From the NCBI GenBank assembly GCA_043797545.1, contig JAZDPN010000064.1, positions 1 to 61,605 of the forward strand: a stretch of DNA of 61,605 bases, read 5' to 3'. The notes below the pieces were generated by a model. The model made no database searches and was not told the DNA's origin. It saw only the letters and a program-made list of their open reading frames with translations. Shown here piece by piece: positions 1 to 8,448 of the stretch; the first letter of the stretch is position 1, and every line of letters begins with the position of its first letter. This DNA is from Patescibacteria group bacterium (lineage in GTDB: Bacteria; Patescibacteriota; Gracilibacteria; JAHISY01). Made by a program: the position numbers and the translations under genes.

Positions 1-1077
1 TTTCTCGACGATCTCGCGAAATTGAATATCGAAACGCCGACGCATCTTCCCCGCGCGAGCGAGCACATCACCGAGCAAGTTGAATTAATTAAAACGCTGG
101 AAAAAAAGGGTTTTACTTACACGACCTCCGACGGCATTTATTTCGACACGAGCAAATTTGCGGATTACGGAAAATTATCCGGCCAAAAAATCGAAGACAA
201 AGCGGCCGGCGCGCGCGTCGCAGTGAAGTCGGAGAAACGGAATCCGGCCGATTTCGCACTGTGGAAATTTTGCGTCGGGGAAAACGCGCAGCACATTTTG
301 CGCTGGCCGAATCCCTCCGGCGACGGCGAAGGTTTCCCCGGCTGGCATCTCGAATGCTCCGCGATGTCGATGAAATATTTGGGAGAGACTTTTGATGTCC
401 ATACTGGCGGCGTCGATCACATTCCCGTGCATCACGAAAATGAGATCGCGCAGTCGGAGGCCGCGACGGGTCGGAAGTTCGTGAATTTTTGGCTGCACAA
501 TGAATTTCTCACCGTCGACGGCGGCAAAATGTCGAAGTCGCTCGGCAATCTTTTCACGCTGAATGATCTCGCGCAAAAAGGTTTCGAGCCGCTCGCTTTT
601 CGTTATTTTTGTTTGAATTCGAACTACCGCGGGAAATTGAATTTTTCTTGGGAAGCTTTGCAAAATGCGCAGAACTCGCTCCGAAAATTGCGCGCGGAAT
701 TCCGGAAATTGCCGACCGGAAAAATCGACGCGGCGGAAGTTGAGAAATTTGGCGCGGCACTCGCCGACGATTTGAATTCGCCGCGTGCGCTCGCTGTCGT
801 TTGGGATTATTTGAAAAATCCGCAAGCGAATCAAACGACGATTTTGAAATTCGACACTGTACTCGGTCTCGATCTCGCGAAAGCTGAAGACGAAAAAATT
901 GAGATTTCGCCGGAAGTGCAAAAACTACTCGACGAGCGCGCGACAGCTCGAGCGAAAAAAGATTTCAAAAAGTCGGACGAGCTCCGCGACCGGATTTTGG
1001 AAAAAGGTTTCGAAATCGAAGACGCGAAATCCGGCGAGCAAATTTTGAAAAAAAGGATTCCGGGTCAGGATAATTAG
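1..1077 (+). CDS. cysS: cysteinyl-tRNA synthetase, C-terminal part (5' end lies outside window)
   Basis: Frame is open from base 1. Contains GWHLECSAM and the class-I KMSKS loop (GGKMSKSLGN), plus a helical anticodon-binding tail. Stop TAG at 1075-1077. Confidence 0.93.
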   Translation, partial: FLDDLAKLNIETPTHLPRASEHITEQVELIKTLEKKGFTYTTSDGIYFDTSKFADYGKLSGQKIEDKAAGARVAVKSEKRNPADFALWKFCVGENAQHILRWPNPSGDGEGFPGWHLECSAMSMKYLGETFDVHTGGVDHIPVHHENEIAQSEAATGRKFVNFWLHNEFLTVDGGKMSKSLGNLFTLNDLAQKGFEPLAFRYFCLNSNYRGKLNFSWEALQNAQNSLRKLRAEFRKLPTGKIDAAEVEKFGAALADDLNSPRALAVVWDYLKNPQANQTTILKFDTVLGLDLAKAEDEKIEISPEVQKLLDERATARAKKDFKKSDELRDRILEKGFEIEDAKSGEQILKKRIPGQDN

Positions 1078-1312
1078 CCCAAGAGCCATCGAACATAATG
1101 GCGATTAATTCTCTCACTGACTCTGAAACTGGACACCGAAACTCAATCTTATTGTCATTGGTTCTTTTAATGCAATCTGTAGGAATACCAGCCCTAGTCA
1201 ACTCTGCATCCAACCCTAAAAGTAAGCGAATCATTCCCGCATCGCACAACTCTTGATGATTGAATCTAGGAAGACTTAAAACGTGGTGGACTCTTTCTTT
1301 TTTCTTAAACAT
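965..1312 (-). CDS. hypothetical protein (115 aa) in AT-rich spacer
   Basis: ATG ORF with AT-rich composition unlike the flanking core genes and no recognisable motif. The last ~37 codons run antisense through the cysS 3' end, so the true extent is uncertain. Confidence 0.3.
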   Translation of the reverse strand: MFKKKERVHHVLSLPRFNHQELCDAGMIRLLLGLDAELTRAGIPTDCIKRTNDNKIEFRCPVSESVRELIAIMFDGSWANYPDPESFFSKFARRISRLRFRNLFPKSGRGARPTF

Positions 1313-1698
1313 CAGAATTCCGATTCTACTCCTCGAAAATTTTTTCTAGCAAGTCGGAAATTTACAAAAAATGATCAGCCTTCGACCCAAAAGGAGCTCG
1401 GGAAAATACCCTGAATTTTCTGGCGAACTGACTGTCCTAGCTCTAAAAAGAAAAACAGGAAACCGGGAGTCTCTTTTTTTCTACGAATCAAATGAGTATT
1501 TAAACCGGCACTAGTAAAAAATCGAATTAGCTCCAAAATAAATTCAGGCAAATCAAGCGAGTCAATTCCAGAAACGTCGAGTGTGTGCTTTGGTTTGTCG
1601 ATAGTGTAGGGATAAGTTGGCTGTCGCAAGGTCAAAAATAAAAAATAGTTGCCGATTATACAAAATTTATTTTGGAAGGCAAAAATAAAATTAAAGTT

Positions 1699-1707
1699 TG
1701 TTAAAAT
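1699..1707 (+). promoter_or_regulatory. extended -10 promoter (TGTTAAAAT) for tilS, leaderless geometry
   Basis: TGTTAAAAT followed by 6 nt and then the GTG start at 1714. Confidence 0.5.
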
Positions 1708-1713
1708 CCCTGC

Positions 1714-2625
1714 GTGAAAGTCCTCATCGCCGTCTCGGGCGGGGTCGATTCGGTTGCCCTCCTCGACCTTCTCGCCAAAAAAAAGTTGGGCGGTTTTTTG
1801 GGTAAAAATTTGCCACCGATCGAACTCGTCGGCGTCGCGCATTTCAATCACCGCATTCACCGCGATGCCGCGGCGCACCAAAAATTCGTTCGCGATTTGG
1901 CCGCGAAATATCGCCTGCCATTTTTCACAAAACGCGCGACTACGAAACTGAAATCCGAGGCCGAGGCGCGCGATGCCAGATATAAATTTTTGAAAGCCGT
2001 CGCGCGAAAAACACGAGCCGACACGATCGCGCTCGCTCACCACGCCGACGATCAAGTCGAGACAGTTTTGCTAAATGTGATTCGCGGATCGGGACTTTTG
2101 GGTTTGTCGGGCATGGCCGAATCTCGCGATGGTCTGTGGCGGCCATTACTCGCAATTGCTAAAAAACGATTGTTCGAACATTGCAAAAAAAACAGACTGA
2201 AATTCGTTTATGATCCGACCAATGATGACGCAAATTATTCGCGTAATTTTGTGCGACTAAAAATTATCGGCGAAATGGAACGATTGAATCCGAAAGTCCG
2301 GGAAGCTTTTCTCCGGCTCGCGCAGCACGCCCGTGAAGGCGCGGAACTTGCCGAGCTGCTCGCGCGGGAATTTTTGATTCGCTGCGCGACTGCGAAAAGT
2401 ATTCCATTGAATGAATTCAACGCGCTGCCGCCCGCCGTCGCGAAAGCCGTGATTCGCCAAATTTATTGTCTCGCAGTCGGCAATCTGCAGAAAATCGAAG
2501 CGCTGCACGTCTCGGAAATTTTGGAATTGGCGAAAAATCCGGCGGGCAACAAAACGAAAAAATTCGGCGAGCTGACTTTTCGGACGGGGAAATCAGGCGA
2601 CAAGCGCGTCTTGGCATGGAAGTGA
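1714..2625 (+). CDS. tilS: tRNA(Ile)-lysidine synthase
   Basis: N-terminal PP-loop motif VLIAVSGGVDSVAL. Length and layout are typical of TilS. GTG start. Confidence 0.9.
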   Translation: MKVLIAVSGGVDSVALLDLLAKKKLGGFLGKNLPPIELVGVAHFNHRIHRDAAAHQKFVRDLAAKYRLPFFTKRATTKLKSEAEARDARYKFLKAVARKTRADTIALAHHADDQVETVLLNVIRGSGLLGLSGMAESRDGLWRPLLAIAKKRLFEHCKKNRLKFVYDPTNDDANYSRNFVRLKIIGEMERLNPKVREAFLRLAQHAREGAELAELLAREFLIRCATAKSIPLNEFNALPPAVAKAVIRQIYCLAVGNLQKIEALHVSEILELAKNPAGNKTKKFGELTFRTGKSGDKRVLAWK

Positions 2626-2661
2626 TTTTATGTTAAAATAACAGCACAAAATAAATATTGA

Positions 2662-3177
2662 ATGGGAATTTTGGACATATTCCGTGGCCCAGAAGCGGCT
2701 CAGGCAAAAGAGCTAACTTATGAGCTAAAAACTGAGGTTCTTAGAAATCTAGCCACGTCTTGTCAAGAAAAATTAGCAGGGATCGCTAGGCAGGCTGAGG
2801 CCAAAATCGCAAAAGAGAGCAAGCCGCAAAAGATTGTTACCCATGATATTTTGCGCAGCCGATCTATTCCGAGACCTATTGGAGAAGACCAATTGACCAT
2901 AAAGCTAGGATTCATCAAAACTGAAATTACTAAAAAAATTTTCGAAGGTGTGATATCGCCAGCTGAGCTGCAAGCTTGGCTGACCAGAAAAGGTCAAAAT
3001 ATATCTGTTCAGGAATTACAGCAAATTCTCAGCAAGAAACAACCCATAAATCAAATTACCCTGAAAGAACGTGAGGCGGCAAAGAAAAATAATATCGATG
3101 TTGAATCGGAAATTAATTTTTGGGTTGAGCGGGTTGCCAGCTCAGGAGTTTTCGAACAATTATTGAATCTAAAATAA
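2662..3177 (+). CDS. hypothetical protein (171 aa)
   Basis: Clean ATG ORF in an AT-richer islet. Predicted helical, no recognisable motif. Confidence 0.55.
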   Translation: MGILDIFRGPEAAQAKELTYELKTEVLRNLATSCQEKLAGIARQAEAKIAKESKPQKIVTHDILRSRSIPRPIGEDQLTIKLGFIKTEITKKIFEGVISPAELQAWLTRKGQNISVQELQQILSKKQPINQITLKEREAAKKNNIDVESEINFWVERVASSGVFEQLLNLK

Positions 3178-3186
3178 AAGAAGCCT

Positions 3187-3214
3187 TTGACAGTCGTCTA
3201 GTTTTTGCTAAAAT
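3187..3214 (+). promoter_or_regulatory. sigma70-type promoter of infC-rpmI-rplT (TTGACA-N16-TGCTAAAAT)
   Basis: Consensus -35 TTGACA and extended -10 TGCTAAAAT, seen directly upstream of infC. Confidence 0.6.
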
Positions 3215-3296
3215 TCCGCGGCTTTTTGTTTTTTTAATTTCTTTTTTGCCTCCTCGCAAGAGATACAGTCCAGCCGTGCGGATTCCCCGCCCGATC

Positions 3297-3827
3297 ATGA
3301 ATGAGCGCATTTTTGCGCGCGAAGTCTTCGTGGTTGGCTCGGATGGCGAGAAATTGGGAGTCCTGCCGACAATCGAAGCCATTGCCAAAGCTAAAGCGGA
3401 AGAACTCGACCTAATTCTGGTCGCACCCAAGGTCAATCCCCCCGTCGCCAAGATTCTCGATTTCGGAAAGTGGATGTATGAGCAGCAGAAAGCGCTTTCA
3501 AAAAATAAAGCGAGTGGCAAAGCCAAAGAGATGAAAGGCGTCCGACTCGGCGTGCGCATCGCGGAAGGCGATCTCAATACGCGCGTCAAGCAAGGTCGGG
3601 AATTCCTCGAAAAGGGCCACAAACTGAGAGTCGTCTTACAATTCAAAGGACGAGAGATGGCGCACTTCGATCTAGCGATTGGCAAGATGAAGGAGTTCGC
3701 CAAAAGATTGGACGAAGTCTCCTCAATCGAAGAGCTGCCCAAAAAAATGGGACGCCAGCTCATCATGATGCTCAAACCGGAAAAAAAGAAAATTTCTAAC
3801 TCTCCCTCAAATGAAGCTCAAAACTAA
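3297..3827 (+). CDS. infC: translation initiation factor IF-3
   Basis: [23 protein letters not shown]... matches the IF-3 N-domain and the C-domain is present. I took the ATG at 3297. The ORF is open from the TTG at 3246, and IF-3 often uses atypical starts, so the start is uncertain. Confidence 0.9.
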   Translation: MNERIFAREVFVVGSDGEKLGVLPTIEAIAKAKAEELDLILVAPKVNPPVAKILDFGKWMYEQQKALSKNKASGKAKEMKGVRLGVRIAEGDLNTRVKQGREFLEKGHKLRVVLQFKGREMAHFDLAIGKMKEFAKRLDEVSSIEELPKKMGRQLIMMLKPEKKKISNSPSNEAQN

Positions 3828-4005
3828 GCGCGCCGCAGCGAAAAGATTCCGCAAAACTGGGACGGGCAAGATCGTCGGACGCAAAGCCGGACGCGGCCAC
3901 CTCCTGATGCAAAAATCAAAATCGCAAAAGAAGCTCGCCAACAAGGCAAAGCAGTTTTCCAAAGGCGATACGAAGAGACTCGCCCGTCTGCTCCCCAATT
4001 TATAA
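3811..4005 (+). CDS. rpmI: 50S ribosomal protein L35
   Basis: [21 protein letters not shown]... is a typical L35. It overlaps the infC 3' end by 17 nt. Confidence 0.93.
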   Translation: MKLKTKRAAAKRFRKTGTGKIVGRKAGRGHLLMQKSKSQKKLANKAKQFSKGDTKRLARLLPNL

Positions 4006-4020
4006 TTTTAATTTTTTCCC

Positions 4021-4389
4021 ATGAGAGTCAAAGGAGGCACCACTACCCGCGCCCGCCACAAAAAAGTTTTGAAAAGAAACAAAGGCTTTCGTGGTCGCCA
4101 AAAAACAACTTTTCGCGTCGCCAAGCAGGCTGACATGAAAGCCGGCAAGCATGCTTATGTCGGTCGCAAACTAAAAAAGCGAACTTACCGCGCGCTCTGG
4201 ATTCAGAGGTTAAATGCCGCTGTGCGCGCCGCTGGTTTGACTTATTCCCGTTTCATCGACGGACTGACGAAAGCCAAAGTCGTAGTAAATCGCAAAAACT
4301 TGAGCGAGCTGGCAATCAATGAGCCCAAGACTTTTGAGAAAATTGTCGAGACAGCCAAAGCCAAAGCCAGCTCCCCTGTCCGTAAGTAG
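4021..4389 (+). CDS. rplT: 50S ribosomal protein L20
   Basis: [26 protein letters not shown]... is a typical L20. Confidence 0.95.
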   Translation: MRVKGGTTTRARHKKVLKRNKGFRGRQKTTFRVAKQADMKAGKHAYVGRKLKKRTYRALWIQRLNAAVRAAGLTYSRFIDGLTKAKVVVNRKNLSELAINEPKTFEKIVETAKAKASSPVRK

Positions 4390-4424
4390 TTTTTGGTTTA
4401 AAATCGGAACTGTGGAAAAAATTT

Positions 4425-5012
4425 TTGGCGGTCGGACTAATCCTAGGCTCTCTTTTGGGTTGCGCCACAAACAAAATTCCTAACCTATCAGCCATGCACA
4501 AAAACGCCCTTTTTATCATCGCGCCGGAAAATTTCCGCGACGAGGAACTTTTTGTTCCCAGAGAAATTTTGGAAAAAGCGGGAGTGACGACGACAGTCGC
4601 TTCGCGCGAGCCGGGAATTTGTCGAGGTAATCGCGGCGGATCGGCTGAGGCTGTGATCGGGCTGAATCAAGTAAATGCCGAAGATTTCGATGTCGTGATT
4701 TTTGTTGGCGGCGGCGGAAGCCAAATTTTTCGCGCTGATCCCGCCGCGCATTTGATCGCGCAAAAGACTTTGGCGGCGGGCAAAATTCTGGCCGCGATCT
4801 GCGCCGCACCGACGATCCTCGCCCAAGCCGGAGTTTTGCAAAATAAAAATGCGACTGTTTTCCCCGATCCGGATTACGAAAAAGCTTTGATCGAAAATGG
4901 CGCGAATCTGACCAAATCCGAGCTTGAAATCGATGGCGATATCATCACTGCGAATAATGCCGATGTGGCAAAAGATTTCGGGGAGGCGATTATCAAAAAA
5001 CTTGTTCGATAG
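4425..5012 (+). CDS. DJ-1/PfpI family protein, probable lipoprotein
   Basis: DJ-1/PfpI core with nucleophile-elbow cysteine (AAICAAP). The N-terminus has a lipobox-like LLGC. An in-frame CTG at 4410 would give MWKKFLAVGLILGSLLGC, so the start is uncertain. Confidence 0.8.
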   Translation: MAVGLILGSLLGCATNKIPNLSAMHKNALFIIAPENFRDEELFVPREILEKAGVTTTVASREPGICRGNRGGSAEAVIGLNQVNAEDFDVVIFVGGGGSQIFRADPAAHLIAQKTLAAGKILAAICAAPTILAQAGVLQNKNATVFPDPDYEKALIENGANLTKSELEIDGDIITANNADVAKDFGEAIIKKLVR

Positions 5013-5298
5013 CTACGCGCAAGCGCAAACCGTGCAGCTCTTCTAAAGCTATACCCAAACACCCTGCGTTTGATAACCGGAAAAGTCGTCCACCAATATC
5101 AATTGACTTGGATATCTCTACATGTTTTGAAGTGCCATCAATTTGCAGCTCAACTACAGAAGCAAGTCCAGCATCATCACAACTGACGGTGCCAACATAC
5201 ATAACTTTATGGCCACCAACTGAAGCTTCCCTAATTTTCCGTAAGAAAATTCTTTGATTTTGAATCTCTGCCAGTGCTGGTCGTCGTGGTTCAGTCAT
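4993..5298 (-). CDS. small hypothetical protein, paralog A of a 3-member local family
   Basis: 101 aa. Shares the G-H-x-[IV]-[KM]-[FY]-[IV]-G ... [IL]-[EQ]-I-D-G-x-x-K-x-V pattern with ORFs 5502..5852 and 5870..6223. Its 3' end overlaps the DJ-1 gene end by 20 nt. Confidence 0.55.
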   Translation of the reverse strand: MTEPRRPALAEIQNQRIFLRKIREASVGGHKVMYVGTVSCDDAGLASVVELQIDGTSKHVEISKSIDIGGRLFRLSNAGCLGIALEELHGLRLRVAIEQVF

Positions 5299-5430
5299 AA
5301 GATTTTTGAAAGCTGGTTTTTTACCATAAAAATATTAATCAAGCAAACAAGGCTTTTGGTTAGGATCAAGCGTAATACCCAATTAGATCGAGATAGATTT
5401 AATTTTCTTACGACATTACAAGGCCTAAGC

Positions 5431-5508
5431 CCAAATTTGATCACCGCGGACAACCCCGACGTGGCGAATGTATTTGGGGAGGCGGTACTTGCCAAACTTG
5501 CTCAATAG
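5431..5508 (+). pseudogene. relic of a DJ-1/PfpI gene 3' end (last ~25 codons plus stop)
   Basis: PNLITADNPDVANVFGEAVLAKLAQ* versus the intact gene tail GDIITANNADVAKDFGEAIIKKLVR* (4935-5012). About 14/23 aa and ~70% nt identity. Nothing DJ-1-like lies upstream in that frame. Confidence 0.7.
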
Positions 5509-5852
5509 CTGCACGATTTTCCCCTCGCAAAACTTGATCCAAAAGTTCGGAGTTCCCGCAAAATTATCCTCGGCGACTCACCGGAATTAGAATTGGGCAC
5601 CAAATTCACAAAAAACTGTCGGCCATTGGCTCTAAGTTTGCCTGAATTTTTTACTGTTTTTCTTTCATCTCCAATCTGCAAGACAATCCTAATTCCTCCG
5701 GAACCGAAAAGAGTACGAAACGGATAAGTTTCTGTGCCGATGAATTTAACTGTAATTCCTGGAATTCGCCCAACAACTGCAGCTTCTTCATTCAATCCAA
5801 GAGCAATCCTCTCGCTAACCGGAATTTCGGGAATTGTTTTAGTTTGCTCCAT
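5502..5852 (-). CDS. small hypothetical protein, paralog B
   Basis: 116 aa with ...ITVKFIGTE...IVLQIGDERKTV... aligning to paralogs A and C. Its 3' end overlaps the DJ-1 relic. Confidence 0.55.
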   Translation of the reverse strand: MEQTKTIPEIPVSERIALGLNEEAAVVGRIPGITVKFIGTETYPFRTLFGSGGIRIVLQIGDERKTVKNSGKLRANGRQFFVNLVPNSNSGESPRIILRELRTFGSSFARGKSCSY

Positions 5853-5869
5853 GTTTCAAAAAAGTTTAA

Positions 5870-6223
5870 TTAGCAGGGCGACATTCTGCATAGCTCTTCA
5901 AAAAAAGCTCTGAAACATTCTCTGGATTTTCTGACTCGACTGATTTCGACAACATCCTTAGTTCTAAGATCATCGTTGGCTTTATAGCTTACACGAATGC
6001 TTAATTTATTATCGATCTTAACTTTCCGACCACTCACAACCAATTTTCTTTCGCCATCAATTTCGATCCAAAGCCTGTGTCTAGGAAATGGCAAAACACC
6101 TTCTACATCTCCATCCAAACCTATAAATTTAATCGTATGACCGTCTAATTGATCCGATTCACCCTGGGATAATCTGATTACATTTTTTTCAGACTTGGGC
6201 GAAATTGGTTCTGGTCCAAGCAT
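5870..6223 (-). CDS. small hypothetical protein, paralog C
   Basis: 117 aa with ...GHTIKFIGLDGD...LWIEIDGERKLVV... aligning to paralogs A and B. Confidence 0.55.
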   Translation of the reverse strand: MLGPEPISPKSEKNVIRLSQGESDQLDGHTIKFIGLDGDVEGVLPFPRHRLWIEIDGERKLVVSGRKVKIDNKLSIRVSYKANDDLRTKDVVEISRVRKSRECFRAFFEELCRMSPC

Positions 6224-6286
6224 TTCAAAAAATTAAGTCCCGATTCTCAACAAAAAAAATTCAATTCGTCAAATTTTTGTTTTGAT

Positions 6287-6315
6287 TTGCTCGACCGGAG
6301 CTTTTTGGGTAGAAT
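6287..6315 (+). promoter_or_regulatory. candidate promoter of rplO-secY (TTGCTC-N17-TAGAAT)
   Basis: Hexamers with 17-nt spacing, about 20 nt upstream of the rplO ATG. Confidence 0.4.
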
Positions 6316-6335
6316 CGCGCGGCTAATTTTTCCCA

Positions 6336-6818
6336 ATGCAACAACATACTTTGAAACCGAAAAAAGGTTCCACTCACCGCCACAATCGGCGCGGCATCGG
6401 CGACGGTTTCGCTGGTCGCGGCTGCAAAGGCCAACAAGCGCGCGTCGGCGGCCGATCGAAATTTGGCGCCGGTTTCGAGGGCGGTCAAATTTCCCTCTTG
6501 AGGAGAATGCCAAAATTAGGTGGTTTTCGTAATGTAAACCGGGTCGAATTCCAGCCGGTCAATCTGGGTGATTTGGAAAAACTCGGCATCGATAAAATTT
6601 CGCGCGAGACGCTCAAAAATGCCGGCCTGATTAGCAAAAAAAATTCCCCAGTGAAGATTCTCGGCTTTGGTCAATTAAGCAAAAAATTAACTTGCTTCGT
6701 CGATGCCGTTTCGAAATCAGCTCGCGCGGCGATCGAAAAAGCCGGCGGGTCAATCGAGCTGCCCGCCAAAAAACCGGTTGAGAAAAAGGCCAAAAAAGCG
6801 GAAAATCCAGCCAAATAA
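6336..6818 (+). CDS. rplO: 50S ribosomal protein L15
   Basis: LKPKKGSTHRHNRRGIGDGFAGRGCKGQQARVGG... is a typical L15. Confidence 0.93.
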   Translation: MQQHTLKPKKGSTHRHNRRGIGDGFAGRGCKGQQARVGGRSKFGAGFEGGQISLLRRMPKLGGFRNVNRVEFQPVNLGDLEKLGIDKISRETLKNAGLISKKNSPVKILGFGQLSKKLTCFVDAVSKSARAAIEKAGGSIELPAKKPVEKKAKKAENPAK

Positions 6819-6827
6819 TTTTTTCGG

Positions 6828-8126
6828 ATGAATTACTTCAAACGCATTTTTCAGGCTCCCGACCTACGCAAGAAGGTTTTGTTTACGATTTTCGCGCTCG
6901 TCCTCTATCGCGTCGTTTCGCATATCACCGTACCGGGAATCGACCATGCCGCTCTGACCGGACTCTTTGACAAGAATCAGTTGCTGGGCGTTTTCTCACT
7001 CCTGACTGGCGGCAGCTTGAAAAACTTTTCCATCGTCCTGATGGGCCTCACGCCCTACATCAATGCCTCGATCATCGTCCAGCTCATGACCGTTGTAATT
7101 CCCCGGCTCGAAGAATTGTCCAAGGAAGGCGAACAGGGCCGCAATAAAATCAATTCTTATACCCGCTGGCTCGCTTTTCCTTTAGCCTTTTTACAAAGCT
7201 ACGGAATGATTTTGCTTTTGAATAAGTCCGCCGGCGGCAATTTGATCCCCAATATCTCGGATTGGTCCGTCATCCTACCAATCATGCTAATTGTCTCGGC
7301 TGGGACGATTTTCATGATGTGGCTGGGCGAGCTGATGACAGAGAAAGGCATCGGTAATGGTATTTCTGTTTTGATTTTCGCTTCGATTGTTTCCGGTATT
7401 CCTGCCGTCCTGGGCCAAACTCTCGGCATCGCCCAATTCGACCAGTCGAAATTAATTCCTTTTGCCATCCTGCTCGTAGTCACGATCGCCCTCACGATTT
7501 TCGTCGTCCTCGTTACTGAGGGCGCGCGGCAGATTCCGGTGAATTACGGTTCGCGCGCTGGCAGTCGCGGCGCCCAGTCGGCTCTACCGATTCGCATCAA
7601 TCAAGCTGGCATGATTCCGATTATCTTCTCGGTCTCGCTGGTGACTTTCCCGACTATTATCGCTCAGTTCGTCCAAAACTCGAGCAATCCGACTGTCGCG
7701 GCAGCCGCTAAGTTTATTTTGGCGAATCTGAACGGTTCTGCGCCTGGACTGCTTTACATCGTCCTTTACCTTTTCTTCATCATCGCATTTACCTACTTCT
7801 ACGTTTCGATTACTTTTGACCCAGCTAAAATCGCGGAGAATATTCAGAAACGCGGTGGATTCATCCCTGGCATCCGACCAGGCCGCGAGACGGCTGAGTT
7901 TTTGTCCGGCGTCTCGAACCGCTTGAATCTCTGGGGTGGTTTGTTTTTGGGCTTTGTCGCCGTTCTGCCGATCCTTTTGACCAAGTTTTTTGCCAGTCAG
8001 TCTTTCGGCTCAGTTCCGCTTCTGATCTCAGGAGCCGGATTGATCATCGTGGTTGGAGTGGTGCTGGAATTGATTCGCCAGATCAACGCGCAGCTCATCA
8101 TGCACGATTACGATAAATTCAATTAG
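6828..8126 (+). CDS. secY: preprotein translocase subunit SecY
   Basis: 432 aa, 10-TM pattern, conserved SecY blocks (LGVFSLLTGGSL, GELMTEKGIGNGISVLIF). Follows rplO as usual. Confidence 0.95.
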   Translation: MNYFKRIFQAPDLRKKVLFTIFALVLYRVVSHITVPGIDHAALTGLFDKNQLLGVFSLLTGGSLKNFSIVLMGLTPYINASIIVQLMTVVIPRLEELSKEGEQGRNKINSYTRWLAFPLAFLQSYGMILLLNKSAGGNLIPNISDWSVILPIMLIVSAGTIFMMWLGELMTEKGIGNGISVLIFASIVSGIPAVLGQTLGIAQFDQSKLIPFAILLVVTIALTIFVVLVTEGARQIPVNYGSRAGSRGAQSALPIRINQAGMIPIIFSVSLVTFPTIIAQFVQNSSNPTVAAAAKFILANLNGSAPGLLYIVLYLFFIIAFTYFYVSITFDPAKIAENIQKRGGFIPGIRPGRETAEFLSGVSNRLNLWGGLFLGFVAVLPILLTKFFASQSFGSVPLLISGAGLIIVVGVVLELIRQINAQLIMHDYDKFN

Positions 8127-8130
8127 AACA

Positions 8131-8164
8131 GGATTAAGGAGTAAGGAGTAAGAATTAAGTTAAT
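8131..8164. repeat. purine-strand copy of the heptad repeat family (GGATTAAGGAGTAAGGAGTAAGAATTAAG)
   Basis: SD-like TAAGGAG units directly after the secY stop. This is the reverse complement of the CTTAMTY heptads seen at 44225, 57991 and 12801. Confidence 0.6.
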
Positions 8165-8221
8165 ATCGAAACTCCCCCGCCAAATAACGAAAACTCACTC
8201 GAACAGAAGCTCGACGAGATT

Positions 8222-8425
8222 TTGGAAACTTTGAAAAAAATCGAAAAACAAAATCACAAAAATCCTTGGATGAGCGGCGCGAAATTTTTCGTTTTGAATT
8301 TTACGAAAATCGCGGCGTCAATTTTGACACTGATCTTACTCTGGAAAATCTGGGGATTAGTCGACGGGATTGCAGGCGGAATGGATTTTTTACTCGAGAA
8401 AGCTGGCAGCTTAAAGTTCTGGTAA
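8222..8425 (+). CDS. hypothetical small membrane protein (67 aa)
   Basis: TTG ORF with one clear hydrophobic helix (AASILTLILLWKIWGLV). No supporting motif and the start is uncertain. Confidence 0.35.
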   Translation: METLKKIEKQNHKNPWMSGAKFFVLNFTKIAASILTLILLWKIWGLVDGIAGGMDFLLEKAGSLKFW

Positions 8426-8428
8426 AAT
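8420..8428 (+). promoter_or_regulatory. extended -10 (TGGTAAAAT) upstream of the 70-aa ORF
   Basis: Motif lies 20 nt upstream of the ATG at 8449. Confidence 0.35.
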
Positions 8429-8448
8429 ACCATCTTAATTTTTTTAGG

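Noticed and set aside
175-921. 248-aa minus-strand ORF
   Set aside because: Antisense shadow of cysS. The same reasoning applies to 8645..9283 (antisense to mltG), 38703..39401 (aspS), 44950..45507 (BT1 transporter), 55605..56930 (ATP-grasp fusion), 58883..59572 (leuA), 60297..61309 (fumarase), 32104..32667 (epimerase) and 35260..35721 (argG).
5254-5508. 84-aa plus-strand ORF as an intact gene
   Set aside because: Only the last ~25 codons resemble anything (the DJ-1 tail). The upstream part is AT-rich nonsense overlapping the paralog A start region. It is better explained as a gene relic and is reported as a pseudogene.
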